NCBI GenBank assembly: GCA_042570605.1
Contig: JBHPGK010000001.1
Coordinates: forward strand, 8,644 to 72,643
Source of the DNA: Candidatus Zhuqueibacterota bacterium
GTDB lineage: Bacteria; SM23-31; JBHPGK01
Direction of reading: 5' to 3'
Length of the DNA stretch: 64,000 bases
In this document: positions 50,429 to 61,342 of the stretch, piece after piece
Numbering within the stretch: position 1 is the stretch's first letter
How the letters are laid out: each line of letters opens with the position of its first letter
Position numbers and translations under genes: made by a program
The notes under the pieces: model-generated
The model's database searches: none
What the model saw: only the letters and a program-made list of their open reading frames with translations
Told to the model about the DNA's origin: nothing

Positions 50429-51454
50429 ATGAGAGCCGTATATCAAGGAAAAAAAACAATTGAATTCGAAAGGGATATAATCCCTGAATTAAAAGACGAT
50501 GAACTATTGATAAAAGTAACAGGATGCGGTGTCTGCGGTACGGACGTGCATATTTACAATGGTGAGATATCTGTTGCTGAACCGCCCGTGGTGATCGGGC
50601 ATGAAATTACAGGGATCGTTGAAAACACCGGGAAAGATGTCAAAGATATAAACTCTGGTACACCTGTGGCTGTTGATCCTGTAATTCCCTGCCGGACCTG
50701 TTATTACTGCCGGTCGGGCAAACCGAACCTGTGTGACAATTTGGCTGTTATCGGTTATCATCTCGACGGCGGTTTTGAACGCTATACCAAAGCCCCAAGA
50801 AGCCAGGTTTATCCCCTGTCGGAAAATGTCAGCGCAAAGGGCAGAATACTCGTTGAACCTGCCGCATGTGTAATAAACGGCTACGATAAACTCGACATGA
50901 AGCCCGGCAGCACTGTACTTGTTTTGGGTGCTGGTCCGATCGGGCTTATCTGGCTTCAGCTTCTTAAACATTCACCGGTGAAACTTATAGTACAGACTGA
51001 TATTGTTGAAATGAGGTGTAAAAAAGCAAATGAACTTGGGGCAGACATTGTGTTAAACAGAGCTGAGTCGGATCTAAAAGAGTTTACAGCAAAAAATTTC
51101 AAAGAAGGTTTTGATATTGTTATAGACGCAACGGGAGATCCGAAAGCAGTTGAAGAAGGCATTGAATTAACCGCAAAGATGGGCACGATGATGATCTTCG
51201 GACTTACACCTCAAGGCTCAACTGTCTCATTTGAACCGCTTAAAGTTTATGACAGGGAAATGAGAATAATTTCCTCCAAAATGCCGCCTTTGACACTGGA
51301 GCGGGCTGTCCGCCTTATCGAAAGCGGAAAGATCGACTATGAAAAAATAGTGTCTCATACTTTTCCGCTTGAAAAACTTCCCGAAGCCCTCGATATGTTT
51401 GAGAACGGAAAGGATAAGGTTCTTAAAATGCTGATCGATCCCTGGATGGAATAA
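50429..51454 (+). CDS. Zinc-dependent medium-chain dehydrogenase (Tdh/sorbitol-dehydrogenase-like).
   Basis: GCGVCGTDVHIYNGE and GHEITGIVENTG are present, with a GAGPIGL Rossmann motif. Confidence 0.8.
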   Translation: MRAVYQGKKTIEFERDIIPELKDDELLIKVTGCGVCGTDVHIYNGEISVAEPPVVIGHEITGIVENTGKDVKDINSGTPVAVDPVIPCRTCYYCRSGKPNLCDNLAVIGYHLDGGFERYTKAPRSQVYPLSENVSAKGRILVEPAACVINGYDKLDMKPGSTVLVLGAGPIGLIWLQLLKHSPVKLIVQTDIVEMRCKKANELGADIVLNRAESDLKEFTAKNFKEGFDIVIDATGDPKAVEEGIELTAKMGTMMIFGLTPQGSTVSFEPLKVYDREMRIISSKMPPLTLERAVRLIESGKIDYEKIVSHTFPLEKLPEALDMFENGKDKVLKMLIDPWME

Positions 51455-51456
51455 TA

Positions 51457-52572
51457 CTAATCAAGCCTTTTATTAAATCTGAATACACTTAAACCGAATA
51501 TCCCTATCCCGAACAGGAGAAGGATCAAAAATTCATCCCACAGTACGTCAAATCCGTTACCTTTAAGGAATATTCCCCTCACAATGATAATAAAATACTT
51601 CAATGGAATAAAATGAGTAATGAATTGTATGATATCCGGCATATTCTCAATCGGAAAGATAAATCCGGAAAGATAAATAAAAGGCATCATAAAAAAGAAA
51701 ACTGAGGTCATCATTGCCTGCTGCTGAGTCCGCGATATTGTCGAAATAAACAATCCCAATCCAAGAGTTGTAGTGATAAAGACAGCACTCAAAATATAGA
51801 GCAGAAAAAGGCTGCCTTTTATCGGAATTCCGAACCAGAAATACGAAACAAGAAGTACAAGGTTTATATCAACAAAACCGATCAGAACAAAAGGTATCAA
51901 TTTCCCTGCTATCAATTGAACACGGGATACAGGGGTTACTATAAGCTGTTCCATGGTCCCTATCTCTTTCTCTTTGACTATTACCATCGATGTCAGCATC
52001 ATCGTAACGATCATCAGGAGAAAACACAAAACTCCCGGAACCATAAAATTCCTGCTCTTAAGCTCAGGATTATACCAAGATCTGAACTCAATATTTACTT
52101 TCGAATATTTCACCGGAATATTAATGTTTTTTAGAAGTTCACCGGTAAATTTCATTATTGCGGCTCTTGAATACCCTATCCCTATCGTAGAGGAATTGGC
52201 ATCGCTGCCGTCAACAATCAACTGAACGGGCGATTGTTCTCCCGTTTTTATATTATTTTCAAAGCCGGAAGGTATTACCAGCCCCATAGACACCTTGTTT
52301 CTCTGTATGGAGCGTTCCAGGTCGGTATAATTATCGAACTTATCTTTTAAAGTAAAATAACCGGAGGCGGTAAATTTCGAGATCAATCTTCTTGAATAAT
52401 AACTGTTATCCTTATCGTAAACAGCTAACGTGATATTCCTGACATCAAGAGTTACTGCGTATCCCAGGAGGATCAACTGAAGGATCGGAGCAACAAATAT
52501 AGGCGGAAGCAGTTTTTTATCCCTGAAAAGCTGTATCAATTCCTTTTTTACCAAATATTTTATTCTTTTCAT
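51457..52572 (-). CDS. ABC-2 type transporter permease.
   Basis: It has 6 TM segments and ABC-2 (YbhS/YbhR-like) topology. Confidence 0.75.
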   Translation of the reverse strand: MKRIKYLVKKELIQLFRDKKLLPPIFVAPILQLILLGYAVTLDVRNITLAVYDKDNSYYSRRLISKFTASGYFTLKDKFDNYTDLERSIQRNKVSMGLVIPSGFENNIKTGEQSPVQLIVDGSDANSSTIGIGYSRAAIMKFTGELLKNINIPVKYSKVNIEFRSWYNPELKSRNFMVPGVLCFLLMIVTMMLTSMVIVKEKEIGTMEQLIVTPVSRVQLIAGKLIPFVLIGFVDINLVLLVSYFWFGIPIKGSLFLLYILSAVFITTTLGLGLFISTISRTQQQAMMTSVFFFMMPFIYLSGFIFPIENMPDIIQFITHFIPLKYFIIIVRGIFLKGNGFDVLWDEFLILLLFGIGIFGLSVFRFNKRLD

Positions 52573-53697
52573 CTACAGGCTCTTTTTTAATCTTAATGAA
52601 CTTATCATTATCATAAATACAGAGAAGGCAGTTAACAGCAGGAACGGTTCCCAAAAACTCAAAAAACCGCTTCCCTTGAGTATAATACTTCTTAATATTA
52701 CAAGAAAATATCTTAACGGTACCAGGTAAGTTACAAATTGTATCACTTTCGGCATACTGCTGATAGGAAATACAAACCCGGAGAGTATCATCGAAGGAAG
52801 CATAGTAGAAAGTAATGCGATCATAAATGCCACCTGCTGCGATTCTGTAATTGTCGATATAAGCATACCAATACCAAGAGCGCTGAATACAAATATTAAA
52901 ACAGATATGAACAGATAAAAAATGCTGCCTTTTATGGTTATATCAAACAGGATCATACCGACAATTAAAATAAAAAATGAGGTCAGCAGAGAAATAAGCA
53001 TATAAGGAAGTGTTTTCCCTATTATCAATTCCTGGGCTTTGATCGGTGAAACACTTATCTGCTCTATAGTAAATCTTTCCTTTTCACGCACAATTGAAAG
53101 TGATGTAGCAATGACGCAGACCATCATTAAAATAAATCCGATTAGTCCGGGCACAAGAAATTTAGCGCTTTTCAATTCCGGATTATACCATATCCGGTGT
53201 ATTATATCAACAGGCAGGGCTTCTTTTTTAATACCGGTTTTTTTGAACGCTTCAATCAGGATCTTTTTTGAAAAATCCTGGATATACATATTCAGGTTGC
53301 CCAGTGCTGTCATTCCCGTATTAGAATTGGTACCGTCAAGGAGAACCTGAATATTCGCATTTTCCCCGCTTATTAATTTATCTGAAAAATCTTCCGGTAT
53401 TACAATACATAGTGCTGCATCTCCTCTGTTAAGATACCCGTCTATCTGGTTATAAGATGTCAGGTGGTACCGTATATCAAAATGGTCATAAAGCCTGAGC
53501 ATTGTTATTAACCGCCTGCTGGAATCCGAATTATCATAATCCAGAACGGCAGTTTTAACATTTTTTACATCAAAATCTACGGCATAACCGAATAATAGAA
53601 GCAGAAAAGCCGGGAACACAATTAAAAGCAGCAAGGTACGCTTGTCCCTTGAAATCTGATGAAATTCCTTTACTATGACTGCAGCTAACCTATGCAT
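52573..53697 (-). CDS. ABC-2 type transporter permease (paralog).
   Basis: It has the same architecture as the downstream gene and is contiguous with it. Confidence 0.75.
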   Translation of the reverse strand: MHRLAAVIVKEFHQISRDKRTLLLLIVFPAFLLLLFGYAVDFDVKNVKTAVLDYDNSDSSRRLITMLRLYDHFDIRYHLTSYNQIDGYLNRGDAALCIVIPEDFSDKLISGENANIQVLLDGTNSNTGMTALGNLNMYIQDFSKKILIEAFKKTGIKKEALPVDIIHRIWYNPELKSAKFLVPGLIGFILMMVCVIATSLSIVREKERFTIEQISVSPIKAQELIIGKTLPYMLISLLTSFFILIVGMILFDITIKGSIFYLFISVLIFVFSALGIGMLISTITESQQVAFMIALLSTMLPSMILSGFVFPISSMPKVIQFVTYLVPLRYFLVILRSIILKGSGFLSFWEPFLLLTAFSVFMIMISSLRLKKSL

Positions 53698-54631
53698 TTT
53701 TCTCCTGAGATTTTATCAGTTCAATAAATACGTCTTCCATAGACGGAACAATTTCCCTGATGTTTTTAAAAGTGATATTCTCCTCCCTCAAAAACTTTTC
53801 AAGAAATAATTTATCCACATGTGAGACAGCCGGTATCAGATGAACTTTTAGCCCAAAGATCGAAACATCGGCAGTAAATTCCCCGGACTGTAAAATCTCC
53901 ATCAATTTCAATGAATCTTCAGCTTCGATCTCGAATACCTTACTCTTAATTACATTCCTTTTCAGTTCAGACGGAGCGCCTTTTATTATAATTCTGCCGT
54001 CATAAATAAAGGCAAGTTTGTTGCAGTATTCAGATTCTTCAAGATAATGAGTTGTTACAAACACCGTTGTGCCACTTTGTGCGATCGATTGAATTAGATT
54101 CCAGAAATTCCGGCGGGAAAGCGGGTCAACCCCGCTGGTCGGCTCATCCAGAAAAACGATCTTTGGCTTGTGCAGGAGAGCGCAGGATAATGCCAGCCTC
54201 TGTTTCCAACCCCCTGCCAATTCACCCGCAGGTTTATTCCCCTCTCCAATGAGACCCGCTTCAGCAATTGCCTTTTCAACTCTATCCGAAAGCTCTTTAT
54301 CATCGATACCGTATATACCGCCGTAAAAAGACAGGTTTTCCTTTACGGTCAGGTCTTCATATAATGAAAACCTCTGTGACATGTATCCGATTGACCGTTT
54401 AACATTTTCAGGCTCATCAACAATATTGAAGCCGCCAACAAATGCATTACCTGACGATGGTTTCAAAAGTCCGCAGAGCAAACGTATCGTTGTTGATTTA
54501 CCGGCACCGTTAGCACCCAAAAATCCGAAGATATCTCCTTTTTTCACCTCAAACGAAACATTATCGACAGCAGTAAATTTGCCGAACTTCATTGTTAGTT
54601 CATTAACGGATATGGAGACGGAATCATTCAT
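53690..54631 (-). CDS. ABC transporter ATP-binding protein.
   Basis: Walker A (GANGAGKST), LSGGWKQRL and Walker B (IVFLDEPTSGVDP) motifs are present. Confidence 0.85.
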   Translation of the reverse strand: MNDSVSISVNELTMKFGKFTAVDNVSFEVKKGDIFGFLGANGAGKSTTIRLLCGLLKPSSGNAFVGGFNIVDEPENVKRSIGYMSQRFSLYEDLTVKENLSFYGGIYGIDDKELSDRVEKAIAEAGLIGEGNKPAGELAGGWKQRLALSCALLHKPKIVFLDEPTSGVDPLSRRNFWNLIQSIAQSGTTVFVTTHYLEESEYCNKLAFIYDGRIIIKGAPSELKRNVIKSKVFEIEAEDSLKLMEILQSGEFTADVSIFGLKVHLIPAVSHVDKLFLEKFLREENITFKNIREIVPSMEDVFIELIKSQEKNA

Positions 54632-55931
54632 TTATACCTGCAGCTTTTTTCAGTTCAGCGAGATTAATGTTAAAATCCATAATACTTTTAGTTACTTCGA
54701 GTTTTGCCTTGAGAAGGTCAACTTCAGCATCGAGAAGTTCTGAGTTCAGCAGCAGACCGCTGCTGTATTTATCCTTTGATATCCTGTAGTTCTCCTCCGC
54801 CTGCTCGACCATTTTTTTACTTACTTTATATCTTTTAACAGATTCGTCGATCTGAAGAAAAATTCTTTTGATATCCAGTTCAATATCACTCTGCAGATTT
54901 TCAAGGTCTGACCGGAATTTTTTATAATCATTATCAGCCGCTTCGTAATCCATTTTCCTTTTTCCCCATTTCCAGAGGGTAAACTGCACCATTACTCCTG
55001 CATTCCACGTATCTTTCCACTGGTCTTTAACAGGGAAAATATTCCTGTTAGGTTTTGCATAGTTGTAATTTCCTAAAAGATAAACAGAAGGAAAAAATGA
55101 AGATTTTATCATTTCCCTGCCCGCTTCAGCTGATCTCAGCATACTTTTCATTGAGTTCAATAGAGGCCTGTCTTTAAATGCGCTGTTAAGAACTGCATTG
55201 AAATCATAATTAAAATCGGGAGACAATAATTTATAGTCTATTTCAAACTGTGAATCCAGCGGAATATTCATTAATTTGCTGAGGATCGTCCTGTTTAAAT
55301 TTATCCCCTTTTCAATAGAAGTGTTTAAAAGTTCCAGATTGGAAAGCTGAACTTCAACTCTTTTTACATCATTTTCTGAAGCCATCCCGTTTTCACGCAG
55401 ATTTATCACATCCGTTAAATGGGACATTACCATTTTAATAGATTCATTGACGACCTTTTCCGATTCGATTGCCTGAGCAAGTTTCCAGTAATAATTTTTA
55501 ACCGCAAACCTGATATTATTTTTCACCTCTGCAAGGCTGTTCTCTTTTGCAGTGAATATATTTTGTGCAATTTTTATATTTGAGCTGATCCTTTTCCCGG
55601 TAAAGACAGGCTGCTTTACTGTAAGGTTCAAACCGTAATTATCTTCAATTGAAGGGAATATATTCAGCCTCTGTCCGGTCGGCATGGTTATGGAAAAAGG
55701 TTCCATTCCGCTCAACCTTGTATAGCTCCCGGAAAACTCTACTGATGGCAATCGTTCCGTTTTTGCACTCAATACTTTATGCTGAGCAGATCCGACTTCG
55801 AATTCTGCAGACCTGATATTTCCGTTATTCTCAAGAGCCCGCTTTACACAGTGATCTAAAGTAAATGTAGTTTTTTCCTGTGCAAACACTGCAGAACATA
55901 ATAAAAGCACTATAATAAACTTAAACTTCAT
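54624..55931 (-). CDS. TolC-family outer membrane efflux protein.
   Basis: There is a signal peptide. It has two repeated coiled-coil/beta halves of a TolC-like OMP and is 435 aa. Confidence 0.75.
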   Translation of the reverse strand: MKFKFIIVLLLCSAVFAQEKTTFTLDHCVKRALENNGNIRSAEFEVGSAQHKVLSAKTERLPSVEFSGSYTRLSGMEPFSITMPTGQRLNIFPSIEDNYGLNLTVKQPVFTGKRISSNIKIAQNIFTAKENSLAEVKNNIRFAVKNYYWKLAQAIESEKVVNESIKMVMSHLTDVINLRENGMASENDVKRVEVQLSNLELLNTSIEKGINLNRTILSKLMNIPLDSQFEIDYKLLSPDFNYDFNAVLNSAFKDRPLLNSMKSMLRSAEAGREMIKSSFFPSVYLLGNYNYAKPNRNIFPVKDQWKDTWNAGVMVQFTLWKWGKRKMDYEAADNDYKKFRSDLENLQSDIELDIKRIFLQIDESVKRYKVSKKMVEQAEENYRISKDKYSSGLLLNSELLDAEVDLLKAKLEVTKSIMDFNINLAELKKAAGINE

Positions 55932-56865
55932 TATCTTTTTCTCCCGCTGTTTCCTTTAATTTAATTAAAAAGATATCCTCCAGGGATGGGCTTATAGTCC
56001 TGAAATCAAGAATCTGAAAGCCCTTTTCAAGAATTCTATTTTTTAATATTTCAGCACTGATCTTTTTTTCATCAATAACAACATGGATCCGGTCGCCGAA
56101 AGACTGAATATTTTCGATATCCTCTATACCGTTTAAAAATTTGAAAACATCATGCAGCGGAGAACATACTATTTCAACCACCTCTTTATCAAAAGAGTCT
56201 TTTACAGCACCCGGGTAATTACACTCCAGGATACTGCCGTCATACATGAAAGCGACCCTGTCACATCTCTCCGCCTCATCAAGATAAGGGGTAGTAACAA
56301 ATATCGTTATCCCCTCCTTTTTCAATCCTGCCAGTATCTGCCAGAATTCCCGCCTTGAAACCGGATCCACCCCCGTGGTCGGTTCATCGAGAAATAATAT
56401 CTCGGGAGAGTGGATCAAGGTACAGGCTAAAGCGAGTTTCTGTTTCATCCCGCCTGAAAGTCTTTCTGCGAGCCTGCCCGAAAATTTTTCAATGCCCATC
56501 CTCTCAAGAAGAATTTTCTTTTTATCCCTGAAATCTTTGATGTTATGTATTTTCGCAAAGAATTTTATATTTTCATCGATCGTTAGATCCCCATACAGCG
56601 AGAATTTCTGAGATAGATATCCGATCCGCTGCTTTATCTTATCCCGGTCTTTTTTCCCGTCAAGACCGAATACGGAAAAACTGCCTGAATCATTTTTCAA
56701 AATACCGCAAAGCGTTCTTACAAGAGTTGTTTTTCCTGCTCCATCCGGGCCTACCAGCCCAAACAACTCTCCTTCATTTACCTCCATATTTAAACCTGAT
56801 ACAGCGGTAACTTTACCGTAGTTTTTCACAAGATTATCTATTATTATTATTTTTTCCATAATCAA
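55921..56865 (-). CDS. ABC transporter ATP-binding protein.
   Basis: Walker A (GPDGAGKTT), LSGGMKQKL and ILFLDEPTTGVDP motifs are present. Confidence 0.85.
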   Translation of the reverse strand: MIMEKIIIIDNLVKNYGKVTAVSGLNMEVNEGELFGLVGPDGAGKTTLVRTLCGILKNDSGSFSVFGLDGKKDRDKIKQRIGYLSQKFSLYGDLTIDENIKFFAKIHNIKDFRDKKKILLERMGIEKFSGRLAERLSGGMKQKLALACTLIHSPEILFLDEPTTGVDPVSRREFWQILAGLKKEGITIFVTTPYLDEAERCDRVAFMYDGSILECNYPGAVKDSFDKEVVEIVCSPLHDVFKFLNGIEDIENIQSFGDRIHVVIDEKKISAEILKNRILEKGFQILDFRTISPSLEDIFLIKLKETAGEKDNEV

Positions 56866-56871
56866 AAAGTC

Positions 56872-57837
56872 TTACTGCAGCTTCAGAATAACATCAGCCG
56901 GCAGACCTGATTTCAATAATCCTTCACTGTTATAAATCTTAATTTTTACTCCAAAAACCAGTTTCTCCCTTTCATCCTTAGTCTGAATATTTTTAGGTGT
57001 GAACTCCGCTTCTTCAGCTATGAATTTAACATTTCCGCGAAATACTCTGTCTTCATATGTATCAATTTTTATTTCTGCTTCCTGACCGGTTTTGACTCTA
57101 CCGATATTTCTGTCACTTATATAAACAGTTATCCACATGCTGTCAGTCTTTGTAACAGTCAGGAGAAGACCATTTGGCAGTACTCTTTCTCCGGTTTCGA
57201 CAAGTTTATTTGTAACTGAGCCTTTCACCGGTGAAGTAATAGAACAGTCAGAAATTCTTTTTTCAACTAATTCAAGATTCGCCTCAGCCATTGACCTGTT
57301 TGCCTGTGCCATCTCGATCTCTTCGAGCCTTGCTCCTTTTACCAGCTTTTCCAGTACCTTCTTTGATGCCTGGTAATTAGCCTGTGCTACTTCAAAACCG
57401 GCTGTAGCATTTTCCAATAAACTTTTAGTTGCACTCCCCTTTTCGTATAAATTCTTTAACCTGTTGAAATTAGATTCAGCTTTCTCAAATGCAGCTTTTG
57501 CCCCTTTTACATTCTCCTGAGCTCGTTGAATATCTTCTTCTCTCGCTCCGGCAAGGATCAGTTTCAATTTTGCAGAAGCCGCATCGAACTGCGCTTTTAC
57601 AAGTTTCCGCTGAATTTTGAAATCGGAATCGTCAATTTTGAGCAGAACATCTCCCGGCAGGACTTTTTCCCCTTCTTCCACAAAAATATTTGCGACTTTC
57701 CCGGCAACAGGAGAGCTGATATCCACATGTACAGCCTCGATAGTACCTGTCCCCTCCAGCACAAAATCATTATTATTACCGGTGCAAAAGAACAATAAAA
57801 GAACAACTGATAACATGAAAAATTTACTGAACTTCAT
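56872..57837 (-). CDS. HlyD-family secretion/adaptor protein (YbhG-like).
   Basis: There is a signal or anchor, a coiled coil and MFP motifs. It is the first gene of the efflux operon. Confidence 0.75.
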   Translation of the reverse strand: MKFSKFFMLSVVLLLFFCTGNNNDFVLEGTGTIEAVHVDISSPVAGKVANIFVEEGEKVLPGDVLLKIDDSDFKIQRKLVKAQFDAASAKLKLILAGAREEDIQRAQENVKGAKAAFEKAESNFNRLKNLYEKGSATKSLLENATAGFEVAQANYQASKKVLEKLVKGARLEEIEMAQANRSMAEANLELVEKRISDCSITSPVKGSVTNKLVETGERVLPNGLLLTVTKTDSMWITVYISDRNIGRVKTGQEAEIKIDTYEDRVFRGNVKFIAEEAEFTPKNIQTKDEREKLVFGVKIKIYNSEGLLKSGLPADVILKLQ

Positions 57838-58039
57838 ATTTTATCCTTTCAAATATTTTTCTTCTGATTATACTTTGAAAAATGGAATTACTTTTTTTAA
57901 AATCAAACCATTACTTTCCTTGTAATTTTAATAATGAGATTCTTCGCTACGCTCCCACGCCACGGCGGGACAGGCAGAATGACGAAATAGCATAGATCTT
58001 CAGCGTCATTCTGAACGCAACGCAATGAAGTGAAGAATC

Positions 58040-58669
58040 TCATCTTACCTTTATCCCGTTAAGCACAAGGTCAATTATACTTTCTTTTCTCTTCTGAACA
58101 AATTCATCGCAATCTTCAGTCTTTATATTCCAGATCTCATCCATAACCGGCTTGGAAAGAAAGTAGAAAACCGACATTCCCAGCACACTGATAATAGTCT
58201 GAATAGAATCAACATCTCTTATTTCGCCTTTGGATTTTGCTTCATCCAGTATCATTTTAATCGTGACTGGGGAAAAAAGCCAGTTTTCCTCAGTAACGAA
58301 TCCACCAATAATTCTTTTAATAACCGGTGCTCCGTCAATGATCTCCCTCATAATCAGCCTGGTTATCCGTACATTTTCAGCCAGGAAATCAATATAAATG
58401 CTGATAAAATTCTTAATTTTATTCTCTATGGCAATATCTTTCTTAAAAGCCTGTTCAACGGTCATAAAAATTTTTGTAAAAATATACTCCAATGATTTCT
58501 CATAAAGTGTATCTTTATCGGTATAATAATAATGGAGCATAGCCTTATTTATATCCGCTTTCTTTGCGATCTCATGCATCCTGGCGCCGTACTTCCCCTT
58601 TTCAATAAAGACATCGATCGCCGCAGCCAGGATCCTTTCTTTTGCATCAGCAGGTATTTCTTTTTTCAT
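58040..58669 (-). CDS. TetR/AcrR family transcriptional regulator (CecR/YbiH-like position).
   Basis: It has an N-terminal HTH (ERILAAAIDVFIEKGKYGARMHEIAKKADINKAMLHYYY). It sits directly upstream of the hlyD-ABC operon. Confidence 0.75.
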   Translation of the reverse strand: MKKEIPADAKERILAAAIDVFIEKGKYGARMHEIAKKADINKAMLHYYYTDKDTLYEKSLEYIFTKIFMTVEQAFKKDIAIENKIKNFISIYIDFLAENVRITRLIMREIIDGAPVIKRIIGGFVTEENWLFSPVTIKMILDEAKSKGEIRDVDSIQTIISVLGMSVFYFLSKPVMDEIWNIKTEDCDEFVQKRKESIIDLVLNGIKVR

Positions 58670-58929
58670 CTTTTAACCATTCGGTTTAATTAACTGTTTG
58701 GTTTATCTATACGGTTAATATAAGGAAAAGTTATAAATCTGTCAAGGATTTTTTGGAATAAAATTTAATCAACTAAGAGATGTTAAAGGAATGGTTTTAT
58801 TTCAGTAGTGTCCGGTAAAAAATAAAAAGACTTATACTTATGTTCTTGTTTTAATAGAACTTTAATCAAAATATATTAAATATTATTTGATTTTGAAAAA
58901 AATGATCGAATTGCAAAAATTATAAGCAA

Positions 58930-59015
58930 CTGGATTCCAGCCTTCGCTGGAATGATAGTTCCTATGTTCTTGTTATTATTCATGTTGTGTCATTCCAGCG
59001 AAGGCTGGAATCCAG
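58930..59015. repeat. Perfect 26-bp inverted repeat (CTGGATTCCAGCCTTCGCTGGAATGA) with a 34-nt spacer.
   Basis: Arm 1 is at 58930-58955 and arm 2 at 58990-59015. It is a member of the GGAATGAC/GTCATTCC family. Confidence 0.65.
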
Positions 59016-59082
59016 TTTTTTGATGTACGTAAAATATATTTTTATTTTTTTACCGAACAGTAGTGGTTTTATTTATTAAAAT

Positions 59083-59586
59083 TTACTGACAGTTTTTCTT
59101 ACTCCTTCTCTCCAGCAGCACTACATCCCGCCATATACCGTTCAATTTCCCGATCTTTTCTCTAATTTCCACTTCTCTGAATCCGCATTATTTAAATAAA
59201 TTTATACTGGTTTTATTTTCGGGAAAGATACCTGCCTGCAGTGTCCATAAGGTAAATCTTTCTGATTCCCCGATCAAGCTGTTCAGTAAAAATTCACCTG
59301 TACCCTTCCCTCTTTTTGCTGTTTCAACATAAATACTGACTTCTGCAGCACCGGAATACGCAGTTCTTGAAGACACCGGGTTCAGTGCAGTCCAACCAAT
59401 AATTTTTTCTCCGGAAACCGCTACAATCCTGCATTTATCAAGATGATTTTTGTTCCACTCTTCGCATTCCGGCACAATAGTTTCAAATGTAGCATTTCCG
59501 GTCAGAATACCCTGTTTGTATATCTCCTTGACATGAGACCAGTCCCCTTTTTTCATTTTTCTGATTATACAATCCATAAACAGCAA
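59083..59586 (-). pseudogene. GNAT family (phosphinothricin-acetyltransferase-like) N-acetyltransferase interrupted by an in-frame TAA.
   Basis: The track ORF ends ...GIFPENKTSINLFK*. The same frame continues CGFREVEIREKIGKLNGIWRDVVLLERRSKKKNCQ*, which is the conserved PAT C-terminus. The stop at 59188-59190 is a single A-to-T substitution in a Lys codon. Confidence 0.55.
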
Positions 59587-59593
59587 TTCATGA

Positions 59594-60973
59594 TTAATAC
59601 AATCCTGCTTTCTTAAGAGCCTGAACTGCGCCCTCCTGTTTCATCAAAGCTTCTATTTCCTCAACAGTTCTGGGGATTCCTTTAGTTAAAACTTCACAGC
59701 CGTCTTCAGTGATCAATATGGTGTTTTCAACCCTTACACCGAGGTTCTCATCCGGGAAAACTGCAAAGGGTTCATTCGCAAAAACCATTCCCGGCTTTAA
59801 TACAGACGGTCCCCCTCCAACATCATGTACAGCCATTCCTACATAATGTCCAAATCCCCCTCGCATCCTTTGAAAAACATCATCCGAAAGATCAAACCCC
59901 TGCTTTGTCAGGATATCCTCAACCCCTGTTCTTACTTCACTAATTGTAAGCCCTGGTTTATAGAGGCTGATACAAGCATTGTGTACTGCAAGCACCGTTT
60001 CATATATTTCCCGCTGTCTTGGTGTAAATCTCCCATTTACCGGATAGGAAACTGTGATATCTATATCGTAATAGTCAAAATCGGGACCGGCATCTACTAC
60101 AAGGAAATCTCCGTCCTCAAGAACCCGGTCGTATTTATAGTAATGCAGATACGGGTGGTTTTCTCCGGAACATAAGATGGTATAATAGGCAAGGTCATTA
60201 GCACCTTCCTTCTTGCAGTAATATTCAAACAGAGATGCAAGTTCATATTCATGCATGCCGGCGCCGGTGGATCTCATAAGTTCAATATGCGCATTTACCG
60301 CAATTTTGGCAGCTTTTCTCAGAATTTCGATCTCAGCCGGAGACTTGATTATTCGTAATTCAGTTATCATCTGACTGCAGTCCTTAACCTCGATATCGCT
60401 ATACCTGGTTTTTAAATGCTTTATAAATTGTTGTTCCCTGGTCATTCTCCCATCCCATTCATTGTTCTCCATAGTTCTTCTGAGAGTCCTGAGTTTTTCG
60501 TACTTACATTCTCTCATCAATTCTTCGGGAATATTAGAAGTATAAAAGATTTTCGTCTGTGATCTGAGTTTTTCCAAATAAGTAGAAAATTCTTCAATTG
60601 GGTAGACTTTTTCGATACCGGTAACGTTTTTTGGATCTCTAACTAAATCCAGACTGATCCCTTCGTTACGCGCTCCTCTTTCGGAAATTGTAAAAAACAG
60701 AATACTCTCTTTATTGATCCCGTCAATTATTAAAATCGAATTTGGAATTGTTACACCGCTAAAGTACATAAAATCATTGTTCTGGTAATGTTCATTATAT
60801 CCCACCCTTAATTGTGCGCCAAGAATGATAGCAATTCCATCCGGTATTTGCTGCATCAGTTTAGTCCTTCTGGCAGAGTACTCTGATTTTTCAAATATAC
60901 CGGCTGATAATGTGGAGGAAATTATAAGCGGGAATACAAATAATGATACTAAAACCAAAGTTCTTTTTTTCAT
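59594..60973 (-). CDS. M24B family Xaa-Pro aminopeptidase (aminopeptidase P) with a signal peptide.
   Basis: HYVGMAVHDVGG and the pita-bread fold metal ligands (D..D..H..E..E pattern) are present. There is an N-terminal signal. Confidence 0.8.
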   Translation of the reverse strand: MKKRTLVLVSLFVFPLIISSTLSAGIFEKSEYSARRTKLMQQIPDGIAIILGAQLRVGYNEHYQNNDFMYFSGVTIPNSILIIDGINKESILFFTISERGARNEGISLDLVRDPKNVTGIEKVYPIEEFSTYLEKLRSQTKIFYTSNIPEELMRECKYEKLRTLRRTMENNEWDGRMTREQQFIKHLKTRYSDIEVKDCSQMITELRIIKSPAEIEILRKAAKIAVNAHIELMRSTGAGMHEYELASLFEYYCKKEGANDLAYYTILCSGENHPYLHYYKYDRVLEDGDFLVVDAGPDFDYYDIDITVSYPVNGRFTPRQREIYETVLAVHNACISLYKPGLTISEVRTGVEDILTKQGFDLSDDVFQRMRGGFGHYVGMAVHDVGGGPSVLKPGMVFANEPFAVFPDENLGVRVENTILITEDGCEVLTKGIPRTVEEIEALMKQEGAVQALKKAGLY

Positions 60974-61243
60974 CTTTATCTCCGTAATTTAAAAAAATAT
61001 ACTTTTTCCTAATATCACCAATTTCTATCAAACAAAAAGGTAGAACGGCAGTTTCCGTGGAAATATGACACTAATTTAACATTTATTCTAATTATGGCAA
61101 ATGATATCGAGTTGATTGAGAACTGATAATTTTTCATTTCTGGTAATTTAACCGGTTTTTACAAAAAATTCAGTTAAAAAATACTTGCATTTATTCTATT
61201 CCATTTTTACATTTACGAGGTTAATAAAAGAAAGTTTAAAATT

Positions 61244-61303
61244 ATGAAATTATTATCTGATAAAATCTGGTGGTGGAAAACTAATTTATGGAGGCAGGTC
61301 TGA
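61244..61303 (+). promoter_or_regulatory. Candidate Trp-rich leader peptide (MKLLSDKIWWWKTNLWRQV) for ribosome-mediated attenuation.
   Basis: The 19-codon ORF has three consecutive TGG codons plus a fourth. It lies 40 nt upstream of a strong intrinsic terminator and is followed by trpB2. Its SD is weak. Confidence 0.4.
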
Positions 61304-61342
61304 TTAAATTCGGAAAATAACATTATAAATATAAATGTTAAA

